DNA from: the human T2T-CHM13v2.0 reference genome, Homo sapiens
Strand: one strand, 5' to 3'
Length of the DNA: 64,000 bases
NCBI RefSeq assembly: GCF_009914755.1
Contig: NC_060932.1
This document shows positions 1 through 18,358 of this stretch, piece by piece. Position numbers and translations under genes: made by a program. The stretch's first letter is position 1; each line of letters begins with the position of its first letter. The notes beneath the pieces were generated by a model. It saw nothing but the letters and a program-made list of their open reading frames with translations, did not search any database and was not told where the DNA came from.

Positions 1-324
1 TAAAGGCTGGAGATAAACCAGGTGGCTGGGACAGTCCACGAGAGAGAATGGTGGCTTGGATCAAGTGACAGTCATGGGAAAGGACAGAAGTACAGAGATT
101 CCAGAAAAATTGAGGATACAAAGTGTTGGGAGACAGGGAAGACTGACTCAGATTTTTCCAGCTAGAGGGAGCATGAGGCCAATAACTGAGATGGGGAAGG
201 GACAGGAGGTACAATAGTTCAGTGTATGGTTCTGGGACTGGACTGCCTGAGTTCAATTATCAGCCCCAATACTTACCTTGTACCACTGATTTCTGAAATT
301 TTTTTTTTTTTCTGAATAGCTTAC

Positions 325-445
325 CTTGTTGTCCACCTAAGAGTCTTTCTACTCCTTTGATTAATTTGTGGCGGTGCCCATATGCATTGATGCCTATTTC
401 TTTCAACTCTTCATGACCCATATCAGCCAACACATCTAGTGTAAT
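325..445 (-). CDS. TNKS: TNKS coding exon (~exon 21), SAM domain C-terminal part
   Basis: 121 nt, ttcag|...|gtaagc; [40 protein letters not shown]. Confidence 0.96.
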
Positions 446-1926
446 CTGAAAAATGAAACAAAATTAGCTAGGATATCTTTAACAGTTCTTAAGAGGACAA
501 AAGCTTTTCCAATTGCCTTCAATGCTACGAGTACCATTCAAATTAAGAAAATTCTTTTGTTCCCTTTATAAACATGAGCTTACAATTTTTTTAAAGTTGT
601 CTTGATAGTCTCATCAGCTTTTCTGCTTACTTGAAGTACTCTTTGATTTGCTTTTTGTCCATGAGAATTAAAAAGGGAGAAACAATACTATAGAAATACA
701 AAATGATCATCACTATATTTCCTTTAGATTATTTTGTTCTATCATCTACTGCTTGCCTCAAGATAGAGGAGGAATCAGTAGCTTGAAAATGGGAAAACAC
801 CAGATCCTAGTATCCAGCAGGGAGTAGAAATGAACGGTGGGGGAAAGGGAGAGGCGTTCAGCACAAGTAAACAACGCAGGAAAAGGAGAAAGCAATTTTT
901 AGATGAAGATAAGGAAGAACTTCTCAGTGCTAAGAAATACTCAAGCCCGGGACAGGCTTCCTTAAAAAGCAGTGAGATTGACATCTCAAGTATTTGGTTA
1001 GATTACAAACTGTTTTAAAGAGGCTACATTTTAAAATTCCAATTTGGATAAGAAAATTAGATTCTTTTTAAACTCTCTCATAAATTCTCAGACTTAATCC
1101 CTTCTCCTTAAAATACATTCTGTTTTTATACAACATAGTGCTTTTTAATTTTTGGTTAGTTTTTAACTTTTGGTTATTCATCCTTGTAAAATGGAGATGA
1201 TTAGTTGGCTCAAAATAACCTAATTCCTTTATGGACTAAAGTAGCTGGGACTCTACTACCACCCAGTGGCTACATTCTGAACACACAGGATGAACGCGGG
1301 TAGCCACATTTCTTGAAGGCTGAACATGCAATTTTCCAGCCCTGATGAAGCTAGCTTTGTGACAATCCATATACTAGTCTACAAGATTAGTCTTTGATTT
1401 TCCCCTGCCTTGGAAAACCAAGAAATCCTTTTATAGACATGCAGTTTCCAACTCAAACAAGATCGCTTTTTTCCACTTTTTAACTTGCAAGTAACATTTA
1501 AAAAACTGACAAATTAGGCCTGGACCTCTGCTGATTTTTTTGTCAGAATAAAATATGAGTTTGATCTTTCCAGTGAAATGAGCATATATCACTCGTTCTT
1601 TGGAAATAATTTTCTATATTGCTTCTAAGTGGCCATTTAAGCAATAATTGCTTCATTGCACAAAGCGGGCAATTCACATCCAACCACCCAAAAGAAAGGT
1701 TTCAGCAGAGCTTTAAAAACAAAACAAAACAAAACAACAAACCCCAGTTCTGAAATACACATCTTTGAGATGGAATAGTTCACAAAATAATAGGAGCCTT
1801 TACATTCTTAGCTAGACATGATTTTAATATAATTTGGAAACTATGTTATTGATGTCCCATTTTTTTCTTCTAAATATTCTAAACTAACTTCAGTTTAAAA
1901 CCAAGGGTCTCATATCTATGTGGTAA

Positions 1927-2268
<342 letters not shown>

Positions 2269-2529
2269 CTCGTCAGACTTTTCTGGATTGATACATACAG
2301 TGCACGTCTGGAGGAAGCAGACACCAGGCCAGCAAAACACAATATTCTCTACAATGTTCTAGAGGAGTAATGGAGAATATTTAATATATTTATTCATTTT
2401 ATAGCTCTAATCATAAAATGAATACAAAAAACCCAAACCAAACCAACAAAACAACCTGAAAAGACTGATAGCAAGTCACTTAGTTTAGAAGGCAAGGCTG
2501 AGAGGAGCTCTCACACCTAACGTGGAAAG

Positions 2530-3470
2530 TGCTCTCCTACCTCCTGGCATTTGTGTCTTCACTGTAATCCCTTCCCCGTGTGAGACAGACTTATGAACTC
2601 ACTTCTAACAAATATAATACAGCAGAAGTGATGGGAAATTACTTTTTACATTAGGTAATAAAGAGACTGTGGCCTCCATCTTGGGCGCTCACGCTTTGGA
2701 CTGCTCACCCTAGAAGAACTGGCTGCCACGCTATGGCAGACAGACTCAATGATTCCCACCTCCTTACATCACATCCTGTGTGCTCCCCTCCCCTGGAGTG
2801 CAGGCTGGCCTAGTGACTTGCTTCTAACCAAGCAAATACAGCAATGGTGATGAGAAGTGACTAGCAGATCATCTTTCTCTTGCTGGCTTTGATAGAGCAA
2901 GAAACCATGTTATACAGGCTCACATGGCAAGGAACTGAGGGCTTCAGTCCAACAGACTGCAAGGGACTGAATCCTGCCAATAAGCACGTGAGGGTATGGA
3001 AGGGGATCCTTCTCCAGTAGAGTCTTTAGATGAGATACTGACCCTGGCTAATGCTCTGTAGCCTTGTGAGAGATCGTGAAGCAAAGGACACAACTAAGCT
3101 GTGCATAGACTCCTGACTCACAAAATGTGTGCTGTTTTGAGCTGCTGAGTTTGCGGTAATTTATCAAGCAGCAGCAGGTAAGTAATACTCCATAAGGTCA
3201 CTGTGGAGAGGCCCACAGGTGAGGAATCAAGGCCAGTCAACCAACACTGTGAGAGAGCTTGAAAGCGGGTCCCAGCCCTTGCCAGGTGAGTCCCCAGGTG
3301 AGACTGCAGACCTGTTGGACAGTTTACTGCAGCTTCAGGACAGACCTTGAGCCAGAGGCACCCAACTAAGCCATGCTTAGATTGTTGACATACAGAAACT
3401 GTGGAATAATACATGTTTGTTATTTTAAGCCATTAAGTTTTGGGTAATTTGTTACACAGCAGTAGATAAG
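2530..3470 (+). mobile_element. MLT1-family (ERVL-MaLR) LTR sequences, probably two nested or adjacent copies; ends approximate
   Basis: Two MaLR-type 3' ends: ttttgagctgctgagtttgcggtaattt (~3135-3175) and ttttaagccattaagttttgggtaatttgttacacagca (~3423-3461). Confidence 0.6.
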
Positions 3471-4686
3471 TGATCTACCTACGCTATCTTGGCATTTATC
3501 CAATTAGATACTTACAGTCACACAAAAGGAATGCATATGAAAATAAGTAACTAAAGAAACAAAAGAAAATGTTTATTAGGCTATCCTGAAGGATAGAAGA
3601 GATGAAAAGCTATCAACCTGTGGAATCTAAAAAAAACAAAAAGGGAATGGGACAACTTTCTATACTTGCAACTGAATATAAATATACATTATTCTTGCAA
3701 TTCCATCCAACCATTCATCATCCAACCACCATCCACACAATATTTGTTGTGTACTCGCTACATAACAAGCACAGTTCCGAGCACTTTATTTACATTTCCT
3801 CATTTAATCCTTACAATGACAGATAATGAAGTACTATTAATGTATTTATGAGGTCACTGGTACTTAGAGAAGTCATAAAAATAGTACACAGAAGAGCTGA
3901 GATGTATAGCTGTATCTGTCTTTTCCCTGTTTATATTCTTTAAAAGGATGACTAGAAGGTGGACATGATTAAGCGTTAAATTTAGTCGCAGTGAGTTACA
4001 TGGTGTCCAATTTGTCCACATATCTATCAGGCAGTGGCCACTGAAAAACCTTCAATGAAAAGCTAAGAAATTCAGATTTATGTTAGCTCATTCACATATA
4101 AAATGTTTAATGAGTACCTTCTTTATGCTATGTATTTCTTTAAAAAGTAACTAAATATTTCATTTAATTCTAAAACAACCCCTTATAGTTGGAAAGTTAC
4201 ATAGTTGGTCCAAATAACTGATAGTAAAAGAGTGGGGCCATGAAACAGAGTGCTAACCAAAGTTCATGCTATTTACTTGAGGTAACCAAGAAACAAAAAG
4301 TGGGTCAATGTCTTGGACAATCCCTAAGAGAACTCTCGTGAAGGTGACCTGCTTGGTCACGGTTGCAAGGGGGGCTGGGAAGGAAGGAGCAGGAAGGAGA
4401 TGAGGAAAGGTTCTCAGAAGAAGGTCATAATTCAGCTAAGCAGCAGGAGCTCATCAGTCAGGGGAAGGAGGGAAGTGGGCTTAAGACAGAGGGAATACCA
4501 TGTGCAAAGGGAAAATCAGTTAAAAGAATACAGAGTATTTGAGGGACCTTAAGTACTGTAGTTCAAAATGGTTACAGGAGAGTATGTATCAAGGATTAAA
4601 AGGAGCACAGCAGAGCAGCAGGCACAGAGAGGATCTTAAAGGGCCTTATCTATCAAACTAAGAGGCTTAGAAGTATACCAGAGGCT

Positions 4687-5236
<550 letters not shown>

Positions 5237-7724
5237 TTATTCCAAAATTCTGTAGCTGGGTAACTATGAGACTTTTGCATCAACAAAAGAAATAGAAATA
5301 TCTGGATGGAAAGCAGGTTAGTTGGATTTTAGACATGTTGCTTCAAGACTCAGGAATTTTATATATACCCCTATCAGCTGTTAGACATTTTTTTTTCTGA
5401 AAATCATATTTAAATTAACTTGCTCCTTTTTTAAAACCTTGACTTAGTTATTATACTGAGGAAATCACAAGCTTGTTGGGCTAGTTATTTCTATCTAGTA
5501 TACATTAAAATAAAATTACTAAGAATAAAGATTATCCACGTGTCAGTTAAAGTCATCTTGCACATAAAGCAAAGGTCACTGCAAAAAGAGCTACCTCTAG
5601 CTTCTGAGAGTCATTTTACTTTGGGTGGGGAGAGAAAACTAGTTTTAATGAAAAAGACGTCCTCTTGCTTGGGCTTAAAAGGTTGTATGGTACAGCAGGA
5701 GTAATAAGAACTAACTTTATAATCAAGTTCACAATGAATTATGGGAGGCCATGCTTTTGTCTTCAAGAATTTGAAATCAAAATTTATCTGGTCACTTTCC
5801 ATGAAAATACATAGGTTAACCATAAAAATGTCCACAAGCAGTCTTCCAAGTGATAGCATTTATGTTCTAGGAATTGCAGTGTAAATAAAATCTGTCTTTC
5901 CCATATAAAAAGTGTTCCTACCTATGTTCATAGGTACAAAGCTATGTTATAAAGGAAGGGCCAAAGTCACATGGGTACTATATTTCATTAACTAGAAAGG
6001 ATACTATATTATTCAACATAGAACTTGGCAAAGTATCTATGGGAAACAGGACAATTTAGTTTAGAGACTTCCAAGAGAGTAACTGTGAAGATAGGAGGTG
6101 AGGCTATGATGTGCCGAAGGTTTTCTTCTGGGACCAGAAATAAAATAACTACATTCCACACCCCACTGGCATCCATGAGTAGGAACACAGGCAATGAGAC
6201 ATAGAAGCATGTCAAAGAGCATCAGAAAACAACGGCTCCCCTGGCTTAAGCCAAACAGATATGAATTAAATGCGTTCAATGCATGCACCCTCACTCCTCC
6301 CCGACTATACAAATACATTGACCATCATCACATATTACTGATATAGAATGTTAATGGGAGAAAATGCTAAGGGTTAAAGTTATGGAAAAGGTTATCAAAT
6401 TTATTTATAATGGAAGGCTAGATAAATAACATTTGCAATTAAAATAAAAATAAATTTGATTGCTTGATGATTGGGCCAGACACAGTTCAATACAAAGAAA
6501 GGTAGTATCACCTGTCTGGAGGGAAAGAACTGTGCTTGGTAATATACATTAAATGCAATCGTCTATGTATTGATCAATAAAAGGCTATAGAAATTATTCT
6601 GGCTAAAAGAAAACCAATGGAACCATTTACTCAGAATGAAACTGCAGTAAAAAAAGAACAATGAAACTGATGAAACCAGGACAAGCTGTCAGAAGGAGTG
6701 ACTAGGAGACTAAACTATTAAACTATTCAAATCAATAAAATGTGATAAATACGCCACAGGAAGTCAGTTACTGACAATGCGAATATACGATATAAATTTA
6801 AAAAGAACACATAAAATTATAATGCAAACTGACTAAAAGAAGAAAAATGAACATTCTTTAGAAAACTTTCATCAGTAAATTGGAATTATTTGTTTGAGTT
6901 AAGGTCTTTGGTTTATTTAGCAAAGATGTGTTTGAAATTTTACAATTATTGTGGAAATGATTTGGGAAGAACAGCTATAGCTGTAATATGGGAACAGCAG
7001 AGTATAATGGTTTTAAATCAGCTTTCACACCTTCAGTTAGGGAATAAGGATGAAGCAGTCTTACTATTTAGGATATTGTCCTAAGAAAGCTCCAAACCAG
7101 AGGATGAATAAATGGTTGGAAAAGAAAATGATTTTATAGACAGCAGTCTATAAAGTCCTAACCATTAGACGCAAAGGCACCTGTGATGCATCACTGTATT
7201 AAAAGCTGACACAGCAGCACAATATTACTGAGGATTTTAACTCTCTGAACATTTATAAGCATTAGGTTTTACAGGTAAAGGAAGTGATAGGATAAATGTC
7301 ATTCAGCCCAATTTTACACAGCTAGTAAGAGGGTAAAAATAATTAGAATTAAGGTCTTCTTTTAGTCCAGTGCTATCCCTACTCGGCTGTTCTTATCATT
7401 AAGAGCATTAAAGATGAACTATAATGAAAAAATGTAGCTAAAAAAAAGAGAGAAAGCAGAAAAAAAATCTTAACAGTATAATTGATATAAATAAGAAAAA
7501 AGACCTGGTTTTTAAGTTAACTCCAAACTGACTATAAGCCTAGAAGGGAACCATAATGGGCCAAAGGTGCCAGTGAAATACTGGAAAATTATGTCATATA
7601 AAGAATAATTGAAAAAACAGATTTATTCTAAAATAGGGGAAGATGTGTAGAGGTGGGTGATTGAAAGGGTGACACCTCTGATAAGTTGACTAGGTCTTAA
7701 AAAGATATCTAGGGCCATATTATG

Positions 7725-8070
7725 TTGTAGTGGGCTGAATGGTGGCCCTCAAAATGATACGTCTATGTTCTAATCCCCAGAACCTGTGAATGTCACCTTC
7801 CTTGGAAGAAAAGTGTCTGCAGACGAAATTATGTTAAGGGTCTAGAGATGAGGAGATCACCCAGGATTATACTGGTGGCCTCAAATTCAATGCAAATGTC
7901 CTTAGAAGAGATAGAGAGGACAGGAAGGCAATGTGAAGATGGATGCAGAGACTGGAGTAGCATGGCCACAAGCCAAGGAAGCTGCCAACCATCAGAAGCA
8001 GGAAGAGGCATGGAATAGATTCTCCCCTACAGCCTCTGTAGGGAGTATAGTCCTCTGAAACTGAATACAT
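7725..8070 (+). mobile_element. MLT1 (C/D-like) LTR fragment
   Basis: tgtagtgggctgaatggtggccc...cagaacctgtgaatgt...agattctcccctacagcct. Confidence 0.7.
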
Positions 8071-8977
8071 ATGTAGACTGGAGATTAGATCTCTGTGCAA
8101 AACAGGGTAAGCGTAAGCGTAAGCTGAAAACAAAGGAATTATACCTACGGGCAGATTTTGGCACACTTTAAGTTACAAGCATTCTATTACACCTGTCCCA
8201 AATTGTAACAAGATATCTTCCTTGGCTGGAGGACTAACATGGGTGTTATTATACAAGGGTGATCCCTACACCTGGGAGAATAATTTTTCTCTAAACACCT
8301 TTCCCATTCTTAAATTTCATGTATATCAATAGTCCATTTAAATTCAGGAGTTACCATCATTCAATATTTAAAGCTGATCATAATAATGAAAGCATACAAT
8401 ATTACAACTCCTTATCCTGTATGAAAACAGTAAAACAAACAGAAGAATCCTAATTCATAAATGCCCTAATGATGACTCCATCCTTAGACCTTCACAGACA
8501 TTTAAGATGGATCCCAAAATAGGGTGGGTCTATTGGAATGTATGGCCAACTTTTGGTTTAATATTATTTAAGACTCCAAGTGGACAACAGAAACTTCATA
8601 AAGGGGCAATTTTTTAAAAGTGCAGTTGTCTAAGTACTACTGTGCTTTCCAAATTAATGGGCAACTGCTTCAGGAGCCTAGTCACATGAATAATGAAATG
8701 AGATGAATAAAGACTGACATTTTTCGGAAACAAACAACCAAGGACAATCATGAAAACATTCTTTTGAGGTAGTTGCATGGTCTAAGTTTTGACATGTAAT
8801 AAAATGCATAGTGCTAGACTGCTTATAAAGATAAAATAAAGACTCATTTGTTAGACAATTTTGGGGAGAAGTATAAAATACTGGGCTCCTCTGGCTTCTT
8901 ATAGAAATGTGTTGTGGGTTTAAGAATAGCTCGTAAGAAGCAAAAGAGGAAGAGGTGGGTGGCAATTAATAAGTCTT

Positions 8978-9284
8978 TCTTTTTTTTTTTTTTTTCGAGA
9001 TAGGGTTTTGTTTTGTCGCCAAAGCTAGAATGCAGTGGCACAATCACAGCTCACTGCAGTTTCAAACTCCTGGGCTCACATGATCTTCCTGCTTCAGCTT
9101 CCCAGCAGCTAGCACTACAGGGGCCCAGTAAGTCACCATGCTCAGCTAACTTAAAAACTTTTTTTTTTGTAGAGATGGGGGTCTCGCTTTGTTGCCCAGG
9201 CTGGTCTCAAACTCCTGGGCTCAAGCAATCCTGCCGAAGCATTCCAAAGTGTTGGGAGTAAGGTGTGAACCACTGCATCCAGCC
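8978..9284 (-). mobile_element. Alu (AluJ)
   Basis: Diverged dimer about 50 nt from the exon 20 donor. Confidence 0.85.
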
Positions 9285-9334
9285 TAATCTTAGTATTTAA
9301 TTTAAATGACTCAAATATATACAAGAGTATTTAC

Positions 9335-9417
9335 CTGTTCTGTTTCAAAGATATCCCGAAGGTGTTCAAGGCCAAGGCTTTTTAGAAATTGGCTGATATT
9401 CATGTCAAGACCAGCAA
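9335..9417 (-). CDS. TNKS: TNKS coding exon (~exon 20), SAM domain start
   Basis: 83 nt, tttag|...|gtaaat; [28 protein letters not shown]. Confidence 0.96.
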
Positions 9418-10114
9418 CTAAAACAGAAACATATTAAAGATTCTCAGAAAGAATTCTCTAAATATAAAGAAAATTTCAGTATCCATTTAGACATGACTCT
9501 GACAACCTTGGCTGTCAGATGATTTTCCATGGCATAAAATAATACAGAATACACAGATTTAATTTAGACACTTTATTTCTGAAGTTGATTGGGAAGTAAA
9601 AACAGAGTGTTTTATCTTTATCAAATTAGTATTTGTATTCTAATATTATGGTTAGAATATAGAATTATAACTTATTGTAATTTATAAAAATATAGAGAAT
9701 ATTATACTAATTTTAACATTATAGTATAATTCTTATACTACAGAATGCTACTTATATAGAAACATCTAAAGCTTTTAATGAATTAAAAAATCTAAATGTA
9801 TCAGCTATCATTTTAGTTTTCATTCCTGAAATGACCTCTCAGTTGTGTTCTGACACAATTTCAGTATAAGTGGTTCAATAAGATGCTATGGTTGTAAACA
9901 GATGCTCTAGAATATACAGAAATAAGAACAACGACAATGCCAAGAAACGTGGCAGCCTTCTATGAAGAAATATTTCTTGTAAGATGTTGTGTGTATGAAA
10001 ATTTACAGACAGGACGTCTCTAATTGAGGCATTCAATAGTTATCAATAGAAAAAAGTCATTCTGCTCCACTAACAAAAGGTATAAATAAATAAGCATTCA
10101 TGGGGTCTACTCAC

Positions 10115-10352
10115 CTTCTCCTTCCTTCCTTTCTGTTCCCGCGGCGCCATCCCCTGCATTGGAGGCTCCTCCTACGGCCAACTCTGCTAAAGGGCCAGTG
10201 AGGTTGTCTATGCTGCTGGCAGCCGAGAGGCAGGAGGGGGTGGATGCTGGTGAGATCAGAGAGGCACTCACTACAGTAGCCTGAGGTTTAAAACAGGTAG
10301 GTAAGGCCTCTGGGGGCATGGCATCTATCAGCAAAGCTCTGATATCGTCAGC
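10115..10352 (-). CDS. TNKS: TNKS coding exon (~exon 19), S/T-rich linker
   Basis: 238 nt, tttag|...|gtgagt; [40 protein letters not shown]...TERKEGE; overlaps ORF 10107..10334. Confidence 0.96.
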
Positions 10353-10811
10353 CTAAAAAAATGATTAAAAACAAAAACCATGAAAATACTATATATTAAA
10401 ATGGTAAGTTTTTCACTGATAACCAAATACTTTGTGGATTTTTTCCTTAATGAATGCCTCATTATCACCTACTGGTTTTTGATCATTCCTTCTCCTATCC
10501 ACAGCTCCAAAGAGTTTCAATAGTTTCAGTAGACAGAATTGGAGAAACTATGTAATTTTTAAAGATATTTCTTCTTTCATTTAAAAAAAAGCACTTTCAG
10601 TGTTAACTGTCACCCTTCTTTAGAAAAAATTTCTGTGTTTACTATATTTTGTTTACGTTTAAACAGCTATAATCTGGTTATTTACTTCACACTTAATAAT
10701 TTCATGTACAATTAACATCTGGTGAAATTTCAAAGGGATGACACTTTAATTTAGCTCATTTATTCATAAACTTTTCAGTTTTTAAGTATTAGATGCAACT
10801 GCTTTTCGAGT

Positions 10812-13229
<2,418 letters not shown>

Positions 13230-13748
13230 GAACATAACTTGAAAAAACATTTCTGGCTTAAAAATTAGAAATTACTGTGACTATACAGTAACTCCCTGGT
13301 TTTCAGAAAGTTCACGGAAGATGATGCAGTGCTTAACTTTGCAGTTAAATAATACTGCCCAGAGTTAATTTTTCTTTGACTATCTCACAGACTTAGGTAA
13401 ATTATCATGAACATTAGTTGCTCTACAATAACATGCCAAATATAGAAGGTACAAGATATTTTACTAAATATAATTCTTTGAGGGTACACTCTAAAAACAT
13501 GTTTTCTTAAGATCCATGTTTTCCCAGCAGGCTAAGAATGGCAAAAAATTAAATTAACTTACTGTTTAGTTTGTCTTAAGAGTTTTAAATTATATTTTCA
13601 TAGAAAAAGTGTGAACTTCAAAAATTTTCAGAAGATCTCTGTTCTAAGTGAAATAAACACGACTAAAAGTAAGCTGGTGAACCCGAGAATCTGATGTCAT
13701 CTGTGAAAGTAGAAGGAACAATAATCAGTATCTGAAATGAGGACTTAC

Positions 13749-13937
13749 TGTTGCCAGATCCAGAGGCGTCTGGCCTTCCTGGTTCTTCATGGTGGGGTCT
13801 GCACCATGCGCTAGGAGGAGGGCGCACAGCTGCGTCCTTCCTTTCTGGGCTGCTTCATGGAGGGGAGTAAACGCCCACTTATCTGTTGCATTTACACACG
13901 TGTTGTATTTTATCAATAAAGCCGCTATGTCAACATG
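13749..13937 (-). CDS. TNKS: TNKS coding exon (~exon 18), ankyrin repeats
   Basis: 189 nt, ttcag|...|gtaagt; [48 protein letters not shown]...DLAT. Confidence 0.97.
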
Positions 13938-14778
13938 CTGAAAAAAAAGAAAAGGATACAAAGAGTTAAGAATGAGATCATCTGGTAAAGCACCATTGTG
14001 TATACCTGTTTTTATTTAACAATTCACTCCTCTGTATCTCCATTTTCATCCTTAACAGAAGTTTCTTCTAAAAAAAAGAGTATTTCAGTCTTCTACTTAC
14101 ACTTTGGACTCCATCTTTTCTTGCCTCCTTCAAAATCTCAATTACACAATTATACTATTACCCTGTAACTGTTCATGGGCTTTTTTTCAAAAAATGCATC
14201 CCTCTAATATATTCAACTTTATTTTAAAAACAAATACTTTGTAAGGTGTTTCATTCTGTAAAGTGAAACTAGTACCTAATTCAAATCTTCTGTTAATGGT
14301 CTAATCTATCTGCCAAACTTTTCAAATATGCATTCTATTCACATTGATTCTCTTATCTTCCCATTTCTTTTCTACCTACTGCAATCAGATTTACTGAAAT
14401 ACTCATCTCAAAGATTCTCAATGTTTTCTCTTTAGCCTTTGAAAAAGCAACATAACATTTTATGAAAATTGGTCTGTTATGTCTAAATGATTGCCGGGTG
14501 GAGGAAATGTTAGCAGCAGACATGCTAATAACCTGGGCATGAGGTGATGAGACCCTGAACCATTGACAGTTACAGAAAAATGGAAAAGAAGGGCTAAATC
14601 TGAGAAATTTTGAAAGAAAAAAAATTGTGTTTAAAAGCCAAATTCACAACAGAAGAGAGAGAGAGAAAAGTCAAAGATGACTACATTTTTTTGAGGGGGG
14701 GAAGGAGGGGGGAATCTGGAAGATTAGAAAATAAGGTAGAACTATTAAAAGAAATTGAGTTGTAAAAGTTTAAGTAGG

Positions 14779-15080
14779 GGCTGGGTGCGGTGGCTCACGC
14801 CTGTAATCCCAGCACTTTGGGAGGCTGAGGTGGGCGGATCACCTGAGGTCAGGAGTTCGAGACCAGCCTGGCCAACATAGTGAAACCCCGTCCCTACCAA
14901 AAATACAAAAATTAGCTGGGCATGGTGGTGCATGCCTGTAATCCAAGCTACTCGGGAGGCTGAGGCAAGAGAATCACTTGAACCCAAAAGGCGGAGGTTG
15001 CAGTCAGCTGAGATTGCACCACCGCACCGCAGCCTGGTTACCAGAGCAAGGCTCCGTCTCAAAAAAAAAAAAAAAAAAAA
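14779..15080 (+). mobile_element. Alu (AluSx/Sp-like)
   Basis: Full dimer; TSD aaaagtttaagtagg. Confidence 0.93.
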
Positions 15081-16162
15081 AAGTTTAAGTAGGTATGAAA
15101 CTCTCAGATAAGGCTCACTGAGGTAGGCACCTTCTGAGGTAAAACATCAAAGTAAAGACATTGTGCAGATCGTTTGTCAGAAAAGGTTGGAGCACAGTCG
15201 AGGGGGCATCATTCACTTACTCACTCTCCCACCACTCACCTACCAACCAGCATTTGCTCAATACCTATGGAGGGCTGAGGACTGGGGCTGGGGGCTCCAG
15301 GGAGATTACGAAATGGAATAGGGGATTAATAGTTGTAGCTACTTGATAAATGAGCTCATTAAGGAAAGGAATACAGAAAGATAATTACAAGGTGGATAAA
15401 ACCTTGACAACAACAATATTTTGGAAAAGGAGAGTGGAAGAAAAATCCTCAGAGGAGACAAAAGGAAAAATGGAAGCTGGAGAAGAACTATAAAGGAGCA
15501 GGACTATAAAAGCCAATACAGAAGCAAGTTCCATGGAGACCAGGTTCACTCAAGCAAGAGCTCCACATAGCAAAAGGCTTCAGCTTCTTCCCAAAAATCC
15601 TTATAAAATAAGCTAAGACAATCGATCACACAATAGGCACTACTGATTCAACAAATAGGCTTTTTAAGAATATTAAAAATAACTTGTATATTTTTATAAA
15701 TACATTTAGGATGTTAGGCTGGTTAGCACTTAAGTATTTCTGAGATCCATTTCAACTCCAGTATGCTATAATTTGGTGCAACTGGCACATTTGTGTCCCT
15801 TACAGACACATTTCTGGGCATAACTTGGTCAGTTTGGATAATTAACTCAAAAGCACATCATCTATTGAAAATAAATTTCTAACTCATGCTGCTGCTCGAC
15901 TACCACACATTGAGGCTTTTAAGGAAGACATTTATGAGAATGGGAAAAGACAGGGAAGGCCAAGAAAGATCCCAAGATGCAACTTAATGCATGTCACTTT
16001 CTATCTTCCTTAAGATATCGTCTTCCCTGCACTCTTGAAGACACTCACTTCAAAAAGAACAGGCACTTTTTCTGAGGTAGTATTTAACTTTATGTAATAT
16101 AAATATCTGTATTTCCTAATTTTAGAAATAGTAGTTTCTGAAAACAAAGTGAAGAACATTTA

Positions 16163-16603
<441 letters not shown>

Positions 16604-18227
16604 CTAAGTCTTCTCAGAACAGGATGTTTTGTGATTCTTCTGGGATTATAATATCACTATAAAATTAATTCTATAGCTTAATTATTTTTAAATTTTCTAA
16701 CACAAAAGATGAAAACAGAGGTACCACTCGTGGTATTATCAAAATCACCTAAAACAAAACCAAACCTAGTAATTTATCTCCCTTATTCAAAGGCTATATG
16801 TTGAAAAAAGGTAGCAATTTTTGTTAAGTTAACCCAAAAGCACGGAATAATTTCAAGCTTCTCCCCAGTGAGGTTACAAGCTACTTAAACTGTGTTTCTG
16901 ATGATTAATTTTATTGAACTCCCATGTTTACAGGCTGAATAATATAATCTGGTAGACTAATTTACACAGGCTTCCAAAATTACAAAAAGTCCAAGGAAAA
17001 TTACCTGTTTCTGTATGTGTGTATAAAATGAATTGTATATCTGGTATGTATTATTAAGCTTTCTTTATATTGAAGTTATAGTTTATGCTTGGACAAACCA
17101 ACTACATGCTTGTGAAATTTTCTGACAAATGTCTGAAAGAACAATGAACAGGAAGGAGTATATTACTACCCAAATAGACTAAAAATACAGTTCTTAAGCT
17201 GTTTAATTCTTTTAAATAGCTACACCATTGAGGCAAAAATAGTAACTGGAATTTAAGGCTGACAAATCCAATAAATAGCAGTTCAGTTCTATTCAACACA
17301 GTATATAAGAGCAAAGTATTGAACTAGAAGGTCCAGAAAAGAAACTGATCTCTGTTGGAATGTTTCCAGGAGAAACAGACAATTTAACCTAGTTTCAGAA
17401 TCCAGCTGCAATACAAAATGCTTTAAATGACAAATACAACCTAAAAAGACTGGGAAGCTTTTAATTTTAAAAAGGTGGGAAGTAGGGGAAAGAGAAACAT
17501 GCTTGGCTTCAGTTAAAGCCATTTAATTGTACAGAGGCTTTATTACAATTATGTCATGAAATTCCCCAAATGTTATCCATTTTAGAGAAAGCACTGGAAA
17601 ATAAAAACAGTTGAGAGAAAATGAATCAGTCAATTGATTTACTCTTATAAGATATAAATTTACATGCTTTGTGGTAATAAGTATCAATGCCATTTACTGA
17701 CTTAGCAGAAAAGTTAACTGTCTTGTATAAACATGTATTCAAATATAACACAAGGCATTATTATATAAAGAACAACGACACAGTAAGGCACACTACCACT
17801 AATATCAACTCTCATGCAACTTGTAATTTTTATTGATGCTTCTTAAATAAATATGTATTTTTTTCTCCATTTGGAAAAACTGAGGTTCTTTTTATACAAA
17901 AAAGGCTCAAAGACACACACAGAGCAGATTGAGCTCTCTAGGGGAAAAAAGTAAATAAGTATGAAGGAATAATGATCAATAAATAACTACATAAGTAAAT
18001 AACTATGTAATTTCACAGCTACCTCAGATTATTATTTCATCCTCAGCCTAGTCAATTAATCTGTGTTTATTTAACACAGCACTGAGCCAGTCAAATATAT
18101 AGATTACTCCTAAGGCTGTGAAATGTAGGAGTGACATGCAGCCCTTATTCTGACTGGCTTAGTACAGGAACTGTGGGAAGCAAGGAATTTACTAATTTTT
18201 AATATCTATACATCTATAGATATGGAT

Positions 18228-18358
18228 ATGTATTTTTTGGTAGAAATGGGGTCTCGCTATGTTGCCTAGGCCGGTCTTGAACTCTTGGGCTTGAAAGATC
18301 CTCCCGCCTCAGCCTCCCAAAGTGCTGGGATTATAGGCATGAGCCATTGCACCCGGCC
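18228..18358 (-). mobile_element. Alu monomer (FLAM/left arm)
   Basis: gggtctcgctatgttgcc...gagccattgcacccggcc. Confidence 0.82.
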
